A program made the translations under genes and the position numbers. DNA of 62,612 nt, from the NCBI GenBank assembly GCA_014380065.1, contig JACMKO010000015.1, positions 1 through 62,612 of the forward strand, read 5' to 3'. Positions within the stretch are counted from its first letter, which is position 1; each line of letters begins with the position of its first letter. The notes beneath the pieces are model-generated. The model was given only the letters and a program-made list of their open reading frames with translations, searched no databases and was not told where the DNA came from. The stretch is from Leptolyngbya sp. ES-bin-22 (lineage in GTDB: Bacteria > Cyanobacteriota > Cyanobacteriia > Leptolyngbyales > Leptolyngbyaceae). Below, in pieces: positions 29,001-37,040 of this stretch.

Positions 29001-31279
29001 ACCGTGGCAACCTGAACTTTAACGGGGCTGACACGCTGACACTCACTGCCAATGATCAGGGTGCAACAGGTGCTGGCGCGATCGGCATCGACAGCAGGGT
29101 ACTTGGCATCACGGTCGCGCCTGTCAACGATGCGCCTGTAATCACTATTCCTGGCAGCCAAACGGTAGACGAAGACACCAATCTGCTGCTTTCTGGCATC
29201 AGTGTCACGGATGCCGACTCGAATCCCAACCCGATCACGGTCATCGTGTCGTCAACCAACGGTACGCTAACCCTTGATCCATTGGTTGCAGGCAGCAGCA
29301 CTCTGACGCTGACCAATACGCTGGATGCCATCAATACCGCGATCGCCAACCTCACCTACCGAGGCAATCTCAACTACAACGGTGCCGATACGATCACGAT
29401 CAGGGCGAACGATCAGGGCAATACGGGCTTTGGTGGCTCTCTCACCGATCTCAAGACCATTAGTGTGACGGTCAACGCCGTCAACGATACGCCGACCCTG
29501 GCTGTACCCGGAGCGCAGACGATCAACGAAGACACTAACCTGGTTTTCAACGCAGGTAGAGCCATCATTCTGAGCGATGTAGACTCTGGCGCGAACCCCA
29601 TCCAGGTGAACTTCACCGTCAGCAATGGCACCTTGACGCTGGGTGCAGTTGGCAGCGGCGGCGCACTCACGGGTAATGGCACTGGTGCTGTCACCTACAT
29701 TGGCACATTAGCAGCCCTGACACCCGTCCTTAACACTCTGACCTATCGCGGCAGGCAGGACTATTTCGGTGCCGACACCCTTAATGTGACCGTCAACGAC
29801 CAGGGCAACACGGGTTCTGGTTCACAGGGCATTGTCACTGGCTCTGTCGCCATTACGGTTAGCTCCGTAAACGATGCACCCGTGCTGCTGACAAACCGGG
29901 CGCTGACGTTAAGCGAAGGCACCTCTAGCGTCATCACTAACTCCCAACTTCGCACGACAGACGTGGACAATACACCTGCTCTGCTCGTTTACACCCTGTT
30001 CAGTGCGCCGAATCCTCTCACCAGTGGCAGTCTAAGGCTTTCCAATGGTGGCGGCACAACGGCAACTCTGGCGGCGGGCGGCACCTTCACGCAGGCAGAT
30101 GTCAACAGCGGCTTCCTCTCGTATCTCCAGAACGGCAGTGAGACAACGAGCGATAGCTTTACTTTCAGGGTCTCTGACAACACGCCTGGTAGCATCACGA
30201 TTCCAGGCACGGGCAACGCGACGTTCAATATCGTAATCAACCCGGTGAATGATGCGCCCACGATCGTCAACAACAACAGACTGAACCTGAGCGAAGGGGC
30301 AACAAGCACGATTTCCAGCACCTTACTCAGTGTGAGTGATGCCGACAACACAACGGCTCAACTGAGATACACCCTGAGCAGCGCTCCCAACAGCGGAAAT
30401 GTGCGGTTAAATGGCAGTGCTCTCACCACGGGGCAAACCTTCACGCAAGCCGATATCGAAAGCAATCGCATCTCCTATCGCCACAACGGTAGCGAAACCA
30501 CCAGCGACAGCTTCATCTTTGCGGTGAATGATGGCGCAGGCGGCACCACGGGTAGCAGAACGTTCAATATTGGCATCACCAACACGAACGATGCACCGAC
30601 GATCGTCTCTTCGGGTCCTGCAACTGTAAACGAAGGCGCAACGCTTAACATCACTAACACTCTGCTAAGAACCTCCGATCCTGATAACCTCACCTCAGAG
30701 CTGGTTTACACCCTGCCAACCGTGCCCGTCTCAGGAACCCTCTTCCTGAACGGGACAGCTCTGGCTGCGGGTGCGACCGTGACGCAACAGCAGATCGACC
30801 AGGGCGCACTGACTTACAGACACAACGGCAGTGAGCCAAGTGGGAACGATATCTTCGTCTTACAGGTGTCGGATGGTACAACGACCTTAGGTAGCCGTGT
30901 CTTCAACATCAACGTCAATCCGGTCAACGACCCACCAGTGCTGGTGAGTAACACAGGGTTACTTCTAGCTGGCGATGCGCCCTCGCTGACGGTCATCGGC
31001 AGTGACCTGCTACAGGTCACGGATGTCGATAACACGACCGCTCAGTTGACGTACACCCTTACGTCAGTACCAAACCCAACCGTTGGCATTCTGCGGTTGA
31101 ATGGCACCCAGGTCAACGCTGGGCAATCCTTTACCCAGGCAGATATTGATTCGGGGAACCTCAGCTTCGACTACCTCGGCAACGGCAGCGGCGAAACCTT
31201 CCAGTTCACGGTGTCGGATGGTGGCGTAGGTGGCACGCTCTCCAATGCGTTCTTCTACATCAACTTCAGCTATTCGTAG
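23066..31279 (+). CDS. Giant repetitive surface protein/adhesin: PPC, FG-GAP repeats, second PPC, then ~19 cadherin-like/Ig-like repeats
   Basis: 2737 aa. PPC motifs (DYYSF..LSLTGL..DVQVLD..GTYYIRV); GDFNGDGNTDIVWRN repeats; repeats bounded by PVNDAP, with FTQADI..LSYxHNGSET.SDSF.F.VSDG (CSPG/Cadherin_3-like) and VPGAQTxNED..YRG..NFNG.DTL (cadherin-like). No signal peptide. Confidence 0.93.
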   Translation: MPADSIGNTLATAKPIFPIVSTQTLTEFIGVDSSTLDANDYYSFKLARTSSFTLSLTGLSANADVQVLDSAGAIVTGTDGSALSSSNTGTLAESINSILNPGTYYIRVLPGPATDPLNPLTTTPSTNYNLNVAANSNTKTDILWRNYGTGENATWVVDGTTLVSSVYLQPTTDLNWNIQATGDFNGDGNTDIVWRNYATGQNAFWLMNGTTLVSPSFFPTVSDLNWQIQGAGDFNSDGSTDLVWRNYATGENAVWYIKNLTLSSSTYIEPLLSLNIRIQGVADFNLDGNPDILWRDYSSTTNNNFIWLMNGTTRAGVAVLPSVADLNWRIQGTVDLNDDGNSDLLWRSFATGENYVWYLKGTTYSAAAALQTTTDLRWRATPPFNRLLPAVRADAAGNLTTTAFSIGPINGSGTYRDAVGGTDTNDYYQFSLGSVTQLGLALTGSGGGSLNGDLDLRLYDAFGGVVASSTNGGNAIETLTVSGLVAGTYYIQVVASSGSSAYELGINANNLPVLVSNNALTVSEGAALTISNTLLRVTDENNPAAQLAYTLLIPPDSSRGNLSLNGAAIAQNSIFTQADIDAGRLSYRQNGSETLTDSFVFSVSDGVGGAISNTTFTINTIPVNDPPTLSINAALTLSEGTAVSLSSLNLLVTDVEQTPAQLIYSLNSVPTNGSLLLNGTAIAASSTFTQADISSGTRLSYSHNGTETTSDSFTFTVTDGAGGTVALSPQTFSLAVTPVNDAPVLIANRGLTVTEGAAPIITSALLQTSDAEFTGAAIAPQLPDRIIYTVGTLPINGTLFVGTNALAANGTFTQADLNNNRILYNHNGSKTNSDSFVFRTSDGSNVTTDSTFNIIISPVNSPPVLSLNAGLAVSEGATANIGSTLLQVTDPDNPPPQVGYTLGQRPLNGDLKLNGTVLTAGQTFTQQDINTLNRLTYQHNGSETTSDSFSFTASDPFGAAVPSTTFTIAVTPVNDAPTLLSNVGLTLSEGTAGSITTTLLNATDVDNLDSQLTYTVSTPAHGSLLLGTAAVTSFTQADLASGQLKYVHDGSESISDSFSFTLSDGTATIAARTFNVSVIPVNDLPGLSNNAGLTLAEGATSTIASTALAITDNDGPGPLTYTIGAGTTRGTLRLGAATLAAGQTFTQSDITGNRLSYTHDGSETLADSFTFTASDGSTGTLALTTFNIAVTPVNDAPILISNGGITLLEGALTTISSSVLQVSDGDSPPLTSLVYNVTSAPANGALLLGGSTVTSFTQANLNSGQLVYQHNGNESLSDSFTFTVTDGVVTTPVGPSVFNIAVTPVNDAPGLSNNAGLTLAEGATSTIASTALAITDNDGPGPLTYTVGAGTTRGSLRLGTATLLAGQTFTQADIAGNRLSYTHDGTETTADSFSFTASDNSTGTIALTTFSINVTPVNDAPVLTVPGFQAVDEDLPLAFTGTRLVTVSDADIGGNPLVVTLSASGGTLSLNPGSLTVNNNGTSQVTLTGQLTSVNNALSSLVYRGLSNFNGPDTISIGVTDQGSTGAGGVSTDTKTIDLIVNPINDAPTLTVPGAQTVLEDTVLSPATLIDTTDVDAGTNPVRVNLTATNGALTLGTTGGLTFTDTTTNGSGTIALTGTIDSVRAALATLSYQGNANYFGADAITIRVDDQGAVGASGALSIQKTISVGVIPVNDVPTFTAGTDLVVNEDATPQTVNWATGIATGPANESSQTLNFITSNSNASLFTAAPTIDPSGRLTYTLAPNANGTATVTVNLRDNGGTANGGVDTSPASIFTITVNSVNDVPSFTRGANQTINEDAGAQTVTGWATAITAGPADEAAQTLNFLVNTDNPSLFSAAPTIDPATGTLTYTAAPNANGTAIVTVQLRDNGGTDLGGVDRSALQTFTINVTAVNDAPIFTLPNPPSVSEDTTLAIAGISLADVDSGSSPLVVALSVVSGTLQLGNTAGLTITAGSNNSSSVAFSGNLNDINAALSGLSYRGNLNFNGADTLTLTANDQGATGAGAIGIDSRVLGITVAPVNDAPVITIPGSQTVDEDTNLLLSGISVTDADSNPNPITVIVSSTNGTLTLDPLVAGSSTLTLTNTLDAINTAIANLTYRGNLNYNGADTITIRANDQGNTGFGGSLTDLKTISVTVNAVNDTPTLAVPGAQTINEDTNLVFNAGRAIILSDVDSGANPIQVNFTVSNGTLTLGAVGSGGALTGNGTGAVTYIGTLAALTPVLNTLTYRGRQDYFGADTLNVTVNDQGNTGSGSQGIVTGSVAITVSSVNDAPVLLTNRALTLSEGTSSVITNSQLRTTDVDNTPALLVYTLFSAPNPLTSGSLRLSNGGGTTATLAAGGTFTQADVNSGFLSYLQNGSETTSDSFTFRVSDNTPGSITIPGTGNATFNIVINPVNDAPTIVNNNRLNLSEGATSTISSTLLSVSDADNTTAQLRYTLSSAPNSGNVRLNGSALTTGQTFTQADIESNRISYRHNGSETTSDSFIFAVNDGAGGTTGSRTFNIGITNTNDAPTIVSSGPATVNEGATLNITNTLLRTSDPDNLTSELVYTLPTVPVSGTLFLNGTALAAGATVTQQQIDQGALTYRHNGSEPSGNDIFVLQVSDGTTTLGSRVFNINVNPVNDPPVLVSNTGLLLAGDAPSLTVIGSDLLQVTDVDNTTAQLTYTLTSVPNPTVGILRLNGTQVNAGQSFTQADIDSGNLSFDYLGNGSGETFQFTVSDGGVGGTLSNAFFYINFSYS

Positions 31280-31303
31280 ACTGAATCGACTTCGCTTAAA
31301 GGC

Positions 31304-31341
31304 AACGGATGCTATGCAATGATTGTGTAGCATCCGTTTTT
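31304..31341 (+). terminator. Intrinsic terminator after the giant gene
   Basis: AACGGATGCTATGCAAT-G-ATTGTGTAGCATCCGTT followed by a T-run. Confidence 0.75.
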
Positions 31342-31576
31342 GGATGAAACGGTCAATGGGATGCGTCTAACGGTTCTCAACCCTCCGTAAATTTTACTCA
31401 AGGCGGCAAGAGTCAACCTGATCGAACCCTCCGGCTTTTGCCTTCTGCCTTCTGGCTTACTACACCTCCGCTTTTGCTACGAGACAGGTGGCGATCGCTC
31501 TGCGCCTAAAAGGAGAGCATCAATCTAGCCGCGATACGCCAGAATCTTTATAGGGATTCACTAGGTAATTTTCAGC

Positions 31577-32554
31577 ATGGATATCAAGAATGGCTTTATT
31601 GATGCGATCGGCAACACCCCGTTGATTCGGCTGAATAGCTTCAGCGACGAAACAGGCTGTGAAATTTTGGGCAAGGCAGAATTTCTTAACCCCGGTGGCT
31701 CTGTCAAAGATCGAGCAGCGCTCTTCATCATTCAAGCGGCGGAGGCAAAAGGGCTGCTCAAGCCCGGAGGCACAGTTGTTGAAGGAACCGCAGGCAATAC
31801 AGGCATTGGACTGGCGCATATCTGCAACGCCAAAGGCTATAAGTGCCTGATCGTCATCCCCGAAACGCAGTCGCAGGAAAAGATTGATCTGTTGCGGACG
31901 CTAGGAGCCGAAGTCCGCACTGTGCCTGCCGTGCCCTATAAAGATCCGAATAACTATGTCAGACTTTCTGGCAGCATTGCCGCTGAACTGGATAACGCAA
32001 TTTGGGCAAACCAGTTCGACAATCTGGCAAACCGCCATGCCCATTACGCCACTACAGGTCCCGAAATTTGGGCGCAGACCGATGGCACGATCGATGCCTG
32101 GGTTGCAGCAACAGGTACAGGCGGCACCTATGCCGGAGTCTCCATGTTTTTGAAGGAAAAGAACCCACAGATCCGATGTGTTCTTGCAGACCCAATGGGC
32201 AGCGGACTTTATAGCTATGTCAAGACAGGTGAGCCGAAGATGCAGGGCAGTTCCATCACCGAGGGCATTGGCAACAGCCGCGTGACTGCCAACATGGAAG
32301 GTGCACCAGCCGATGATGCCATTCAAATTGACGATACCGAAGCGGTGCGAGTAGTGTACCAACTGCTGGAAAAAGACGGACTGTTTATGGGTGGTTCAGT
32401 CGGGATTAACGTGGGAGCGGCGATCGCCCTGGCAAAACAGATGGGAGCGGGACACACGATCGTCACGATCCTGTGTGATGGTGGCAGCCGCTATCAATCT
32501 AAGCTTTTCAATCGCGACTGGCTAGCAACAAAAGGTCTGTTGCCAGCGGCATGA
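31577..32554 (+). CDS. cysK: Cysteine synthase A (O-acetylserine thiol-lyase)
   Basis: IGNTPLIRL, KAEFLNPGGSVKDR (PLP Lys), EGTAGNTG, NQFDN, GTGGT, EGIG, ILCDGGSRY. Confidence 0.93.
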   Translation: MDIKNGFIDAIGNTPLIRLNSFSDETGCEILGKAEFLNPGGSVKDRAALFIIQAAEAKGLLKPGGTVVEGTAGNTGIGLAHICNAKGYKCLIVIPETQSQEKIDLLRTLGAEVRTVPAVPYKDPNNYVRLSGSIAAELDNAIWANQFDNLANRHAHYATTGPEIWAQTDGTIDAWVAATGTGGTYAGVSMFLKEKNPQIRCVLADPMGSGLYSYVKTGEPKMQGSSITEGIGNSRVTANMEGAPADDAIQIDDTEAVRVVYQLLEKDGLFMGGSVGINVGAAIALAKQMGAGHTIVTILCDGGSRYQSKLFNRDWLATKGLLPAA

Positions 32555-32661
32555 GACTGTAAATGTGAGCGATCGCCAACTGGCATGAGGAAGTAAGCCG
32601 ATCGGTAGATCTATGAAGCAAGAGCATAAAGTTTCAATAAAACACTGTTTTCGCTAATTTC

Positions 32662-32677
32662 TGTAGCTTATAATACA
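32662..32677 (+). promoter_or_regulatory. NtcA consensus site overlapping a -10 box
   Basis: TGTAGCTTATAATACA is TGTA-N8-TACA; it contains TATAAT (32669-32674), about 15 nt upstream of the riboswitch. Confidence 0.75.
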
Positions 32678-32688
32678 GATATAAATAA

Positions 32689-32754
32689 ATCGTTCATCTG
32701 GCCGATAGTCAATTCGGCAGACGGAAGTAGGGAGAAGTCCCGAAGGAACGCGCC
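32689..32754 (+). ncRNA. Glutamine riboswitch (glnA RNA motif)
   Basis: ATCGTTCATCT-GGCCGA..TCGGC-AGACGGAAGTAGGGA..TCCCGAAGGAACGCGCC matches the glnA-motif consensus (CGUUCA...GACGGAAGUAGG...GAAGGAACGC); lies in the leader of a DUF4278 gene. Confidence 0.9.
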
Positions 32755-32796
32755 TCAACCACCACAAACCACGCATTTAACCAAGAGGCGAAAACC

Positions 32797-33222
32797 ATGC
32801 AACTTACTTACCGTGGCGCTCATTACGAATATACTCCCCGCAGCGCCGAAGCCGTTCGAGAATCAAACGTTTTTCAAGCCATTCGACCCGCTTTCAACCT
32901 GCACTATCGCGGCTCTGTTTATACCGTTGACCCTAATGCAGAACCGAGTTTGCCAGTGCTACAGCCAGTTGCACAGCTAGTCTACAGAGGCTCTACCTAC
33001 GCCTTGAATGGTTGGACAGCATCCACCAATGTCCAAAGTGCGCTCAGTGTTATCTCAAACAACTCTCGCTCAAACAAGAAAACCTCTGGCAGCGCAGAGA
33101 TTGCAACGGTTCATCGCAGCAATCTCCACAATAACTTACAGCGCCGCCTTCAAGTGGCACGTGAGAGCGGCGATCAAAGCTTAATCACCTTGCTTGAGAG
33201 TGAGCTACAGCAAATCGCATAG
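32797..33222 (+). CDS. DUF4278 domain protein with PirA-like C-terminal segment
   Basis: Three LxYRGxxY motifs (MQLTYRGAHY, LHYRGSVY, LVYRGSTY); C-terminal HRSNLHNNLQRRLQVARESGDQSLITLLESE; SD-like AGAGG upstream. Confidence 0.85.
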   Translation: MQLTYRGAHYEYTPRSAEAVRESNVFQAIRPAFNLHYRGSVYTVDPNAEPSLPVLQPVAQLVYRGSTYALNGWTASTNVQSALSVISNNSRSNKKTSGSAEIATVHRSNLHNNLQRRLQVARESGDQSLITLLESELQQIA

Positions 33223-33258
33223 AGCCTCACAACTCTCACTAGGGTTCTCATGATTAGG

Positions 33259-33289
33259 AGACGGTACAGGACACCTGTACCGTCTTTTT
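33259..33289 (+). terminator. Intrinsic terminator after the DUF4278 gene
   Basis: AGACGGTACAGG-ACA-CCTGTACCGTCT-TTTT. Confidence 0.85.
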
Positions 33290-33354
33290 GTGCCAGCAAT
33301 GCATTCTGCGTATAACATGGCTGACATCAAATCATGCTGTAAGGGACTTGTACA

Positions 33355-34113
33355 ATGGCAACTGATCAGCCGTGTCGATGGGGAAAATCTGGGCAGGCTT
33401 TAGGTGGCATCAGGTTGCGATCGCTCGTCGCCTACTCATGCTACCGCGCGCTTCTTTGGTCGGGGCTTGCAGGCAGTTGGGCGATCGTTTCACTCACCAC
33501 AGCCACCGCAAGTCAGGCGCAACAGATTGTGCCACTGCCGCCACCGCCGACCGTTTCAGTACCAGGACTAGCTGCTCCTCTCACCAATTCAACGCCGTTA
33601 CCCGGTGGTGAAACCGTTTTTTTGGCACCCGTTAACCGTCAAGGGGCAACGATCGGTCAGTACACCGTTCACGTCAATGGCGACAGCCCTTACCTGTTAC
33701 AGCAAGTGCGATCGATCGAACCAACGGCATCTGTGCAGCGCTATCAAGGGCAAGCGGTCATTCAAGCTGGGACATTCGATAATGAAGCAAGCGCTCGACG
33801 GCAAATTGCTGCTCTTAACGCTCAAGGGATTATGGCTGAGCTAGCGACGACCAATGCAGCGGTCAACGCAACGCCACTGACAGCCACAACCAGTCGGTAC
33901 GTTGTTATTGTCCCAGGTAGTCAAAGCGAGCTTGCTAGACTGGCCGATCGGGCCGTTCGCATGGGCATTCGCCAGGAAGCCATTCAAGAGAAAAGCGCAC
34001 CGTTGGGTCCGCACCTGGAAATTGGCCCCTTCGCGCAACAAAGCGACGCTAAGAAGATTAGTCAGTTCCTGAACGGTGGTGGGCTTGATTCTCTGGTTTA
34101 CTACAGCCGCTAG
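33355..34113 (+). CDS. Exported protein with SPOR-like domains (start uncertain)
   Basis: Hydrophobic N-terminal segment and Pro-rich linker; IQAGTFDNEASARRQIAALNAQG and LEIGPFAQQSDAKK resemble SPOR repeats. Confidence 0.7.
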   Translation: MATDQPCRWGKSGQALGGIRLRSLVAYSCYRALLWSGLAGSWAIVSLTTATASQAQQIVPLPPPPTVSVPGLAAPLTNSTPLPGGETVFLAPVNRQGATIGQYTVHVNGDSPYLLQQVRSIEPTASVQRYQGQAVIQAGTFDNEASARRQIAALNAQGIMAELATTNAAVNATPLTATTSRYVVIVPGSQSELARLADRAVRMGIRQEAIQEKSAPLGPHLEIGPFAQQSDAKKISQFLNGGGLDSLVYYSR

Positions 34114-34239
34114 GTCATGCAAGTCAGCGATCGACACCTCTATCTTTAGGCGTTGCCACTTCATGAGAGTTAAGTTGTATAGTCTCGTTTAGCTGCACAC
34201 TCACCGTGCAAGAGTGCTGCATATGCGAGGATTACAGCT

Positions 34240-35808
34240 TTGGCAGCGTCAACAAGAACCCAAACTCTTCAGCAAATTGTGGTGACGGCTGCTCAAATGC
34301 GGCAGATTGAAGCGCGTCTCTTTGCCGCAGGTATGCCTGTTGAAGCGTTGATGGAGAAGGTCGCCGGGCTAATTGTTCGTCGAGTTGAGGCGCTCTATCC
34401 TAACCACCGCCAGCATTTTGGTGTATTGGTTGGACCTGGGCACAACGGTGGTGATGCGCTGGTTGTAGCCCGTGAACTACACCTTAAAGGCTATCCTGTT
34501 TCGCTTTACTGCCCGTTCTCCAAACTCAAAGATCTGCCTGCCCAGCACAGTCGCTACTGCCAAAGTCTAGGCATTCCCTTTTTGGAACAGGTAGAAGCAC
34601 TACAAAACTGTGACGTTTTGATTGATGGCTTGTTTGGGTTTGGGTTGGAGCGATCGCTCAGCGATGACATCACCACTACAGTTAACCAAATCAACCAGTG
34701 GTCTCAGCCTGTAGTCAGCATTGACCTTCCTTCAGGGCTGCATACCGATACCGGAGCAATTTTAGGAACGGCCGTACGCGCCACTCATACTCTTTGCCTC
34801 GGCTTGTGGAAGCAAGGACTCTTACAAGATCAGGCGCTTGATTATGCAGGCAGCGTTGAATTGATCGATTTTGGTGTGCCTTTAGCAGATGTGTGGGCAG
34901 TATTGGGCACTTCACCACCGATACGACGTGTAACGCCAGAGCAGGCGATCGCCCATTTGCCACTGGTGCGTTCTGCTGCGACCCATAAATACAAAATGGG
35001 ACACGTCTTGCTGATCTGCGGCTCGCGCCGCTACGCGGGCGGCGCGGCGCTTACTGCTCTCGGTGCCCGCGCCAGTGGCGTTGGAATGCTCTCGATCGCG
35101 GCACCCAAAGCCTTGAAAGCAATCCTTACGACACAGTTGCCAGAAGCGCTGGTGTGGGGCTGTACCGAATCAGAAACGGGCGCGATCGCTCAATTGCCTG
35201 ACGAACTTGATCTAAGTGCCTATGATGCGATCGCGTGTGGTCCTGGTTTAACGATGGATGCGAGTGCTGTGGTGCAGCAAGTCTTAAATCAAAAGCAGGC
35301 GATCGTCCTGGATGCTGACGGTTTGAACATTCTTGCCCAGATGGGTACATTTCACACCCTTCAGGCTCGACAAGCGCCAACGGTGCTTACACCACACCTG
35401 GGCGAATTTAAGCGCCTCTTTCCCGATCTGGCAGACCCTATGCCGTGTCGAATCACCGCTGCTCAAGCTGCCGCTGCAACCGCTGGTGCCATTGTGCTGT
35501 TAAAGGGCGCACGGGTTGCGATCGCCAATCCTGAAGGCAGCGTCTGGATCAATCCCGACAGTACCGCCGCTCTTGCCCGTGGCGGTAGTGGTGATGTCCT
35601 AACAGGGCTGCTCGGTGGGCTACTGGCACAAACGATCGCCACACCTTCTTCCACTCGCTCTATTTTTGAAAGCGTTCAGGCAGGGGTTTGGTGGCACGCA
35701 CAGGCAGCCATACTAGCCATGCAGGAGCGCACAATCTTGGGCGTTGATGCCTTTACGCTAGCGCAGTACCTAATTTCAGCGTTGCAGAAGGTGTCGCCTC
35801 AAAAATAA
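34240..35808 (+). CDS. nnr: Bifunctional NAD(P)H-hydrate epimerase/dehydratase
   Basis: LMEKVA, GPGHNGGDA, DGLFGFG, IDLPSG (YjeF_N); THKYKMG, GPGL, LDADGL, LTPHLGEF, LLKG, GGSGDVLTG. Confidence 0.95.
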   Translation: MAASTRTQTLQQIVVTAAQMRQIEARLFAAGMPVEALMEKVAGLIVRRVEALYPNHRQHFGVLVGPGHNGGDALVVARELHLKGYPVSLYCPFSKLKDLPAQHSRYCQSLGIPFLEQVEALQNCDVLIDGLFGFGLERSLSDDITTTVNQINQWSQPVVSIDLPSGLHTDTGAILGTAVRATHTLCLGLWKQGLLQDQALDYAGSVELIDFGVPLADVWAVLGTSPPIRRVTPEQAIAHLPLVRSAATHKYKMGHVLLICGSRRYAGGAALTALGARASGVGMLSIAAPKALKAILTTQLPEALVWGCTESETGAIAQLPDELDLSAYDAIACGPGLTMDASAVVQQVLNQKQAIVLDADGLNILAQMGTFHTLQARQAPTVLTPHLGEFKRLFPDLADPMPCRITAAQAAAATAGAIVLLKGARVAIANPEGSVWINPDSTAALARGGSGDVLTGLLGGLLAQTIATPSSTRSIFESVQAGVWWHAQAAILAMQERTILGVDAFTLAQYLISALQKVSPQK

Positions 35809-36260
35809 GGCGCGATCATGCTCCTTGCACAATTTATGTCAGTTAAATTGCAACCTGTAGTGCAGCGCATTCCTGGTTTCAAATGGTTGTGCTAAGGCAA
35901 CATCCATGACCATTGGTTGTGTTCCTTAAAGACGACAACCTTAAATGAGCTAGAACAGGAGGTGTCGGGTATATTAAGTGCAATTGATGGTCGCTATCAA
36001 TTAGTAGAGTGCTGTCGTAGGAATCTGTTAGGTTAGCTGCCTGTACTCCTAACAGAGCGCTTGCTTGCTTTATAGTTCTACAAAGATGCTTCATCACCAC
36101 TAATAAACTATCTCGCTGCGTTGCTCCGTCAACCACTCATCCCTCTTAAACCATTGCCAACCGCAATGCCAGAAAAGGGCTACAGGTAAGCGCATCTGTA
36201 CCGAGTCAAGTAAAACTGCTTCATTAATCGACCGATCTCTTTACCAGGCAAGCCCCTCCT

Positions 36261-37001
36261 ATGGAAAAACCCTCTAAAATTAGCTTCTCAAACGGTTTGG
36301 TTGCAGAGTTAACTCGGCTTGAAACACCAGCAGATTTGACTTCTGAGCTACATCGACTGGGCTTTGAGGGACGGCAGCCCGCACTTGTGGTCATTGGTGG
36401 TGCCAGCAAGCTGAGCGAAGCAGATTTTCATCGGTTGCAGAAGCTATTTGTCGAGGTGCTAGCGCCTCTAGCGCAAAAATGGCAAGCTGTAGTGATTGAT
36501 GGGGGCACCGACACTGGAGTGATGCGCCTTATGGGGCAGGCTCGGTCAGCCATTAGTGCAAACTTTCCGCTGATTGGGGTAGCGCCATGTGGTCTGGCGA
36601 CGTTGCCGACTGAGATTGCTACGATGCCGGATGCTGCACCGTTAGAGCCGCATCATACTCACTTTATTCTTGTGCCTGGTTCAAACTGGGGCGATGAATC
36701 CGGTTGGATTGCCAAAGTTGCCAGCGCTATTGCCGATTCTGCTTCCGTCACCGTATTAATCAATGGCGGTGAGATTACCTGGAAAGATGCGTCACAAAGT
36801 GTGAAGGCAGACCGCTCGATTATTGTGATTGCTGGTACTGGACGCACTGCCGATATCCTGGCGGCTGCGCTTCAGGGTGACTCTAAAGACGAGCGGGCAG
36901 CGGCGCTAGCTGCTTCTGGCTTGGTACGCGCGATCGATCTAGAAACTGGAGCCGACACCCTTGCCGCAATGATTGAGGACATTTTTGCTGCTAAAAGCTA
37001 A
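36261..37001 (+). CDS. Stand-alone SLOG domain protein of the TRPM-like type (LSDAT_prok)
   Basis: VVIGGA, IDGGTDTGVMRLMG, LIGVAP, LEPHHTHFILV, VLINGG, IVIAGTGRTADILA, collinear with TRPM MHR1/2 motifs. Confidence 0.88.
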   Translation: MEKPSKISFSNGLVAELTRLETPADLTSELHRLGFEGRQPALVVIGGASKLSEADFHRLQKLFVEVLAPLAQKWQAVVIDGGTDTGVMRLMGQARSAISANFPLIGVAPCGLATLPTEIATMPDAAPLEPHHTHFILVPGSNWGDESGWIAKVASAIADSASVTVLINGGEITWKDASQSVKADRSIIVIAGTGRTADILAAALQGDSKDERAAALAASGLVRAIDLETGADTLAAMIEDIFAAKS

Positions 37002-37040
37002 TATGCTTCAAGCCTCGCGATCGTCTTCAGGAATTCAGAC

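Noticed and set aside
23688-31333. Numerous antisense and alternate-frame ORFs within the giant gene
   Set aside because: Shadow ORFs arising from the biased codon composition of the repeat protein.
35879-36136. 85-aa minus-strand ORF as a third component of the SLOG-SLATT module
   Set aside because: No recognisable motif or RBS, and it is on the opposite strand; cannot be supported.
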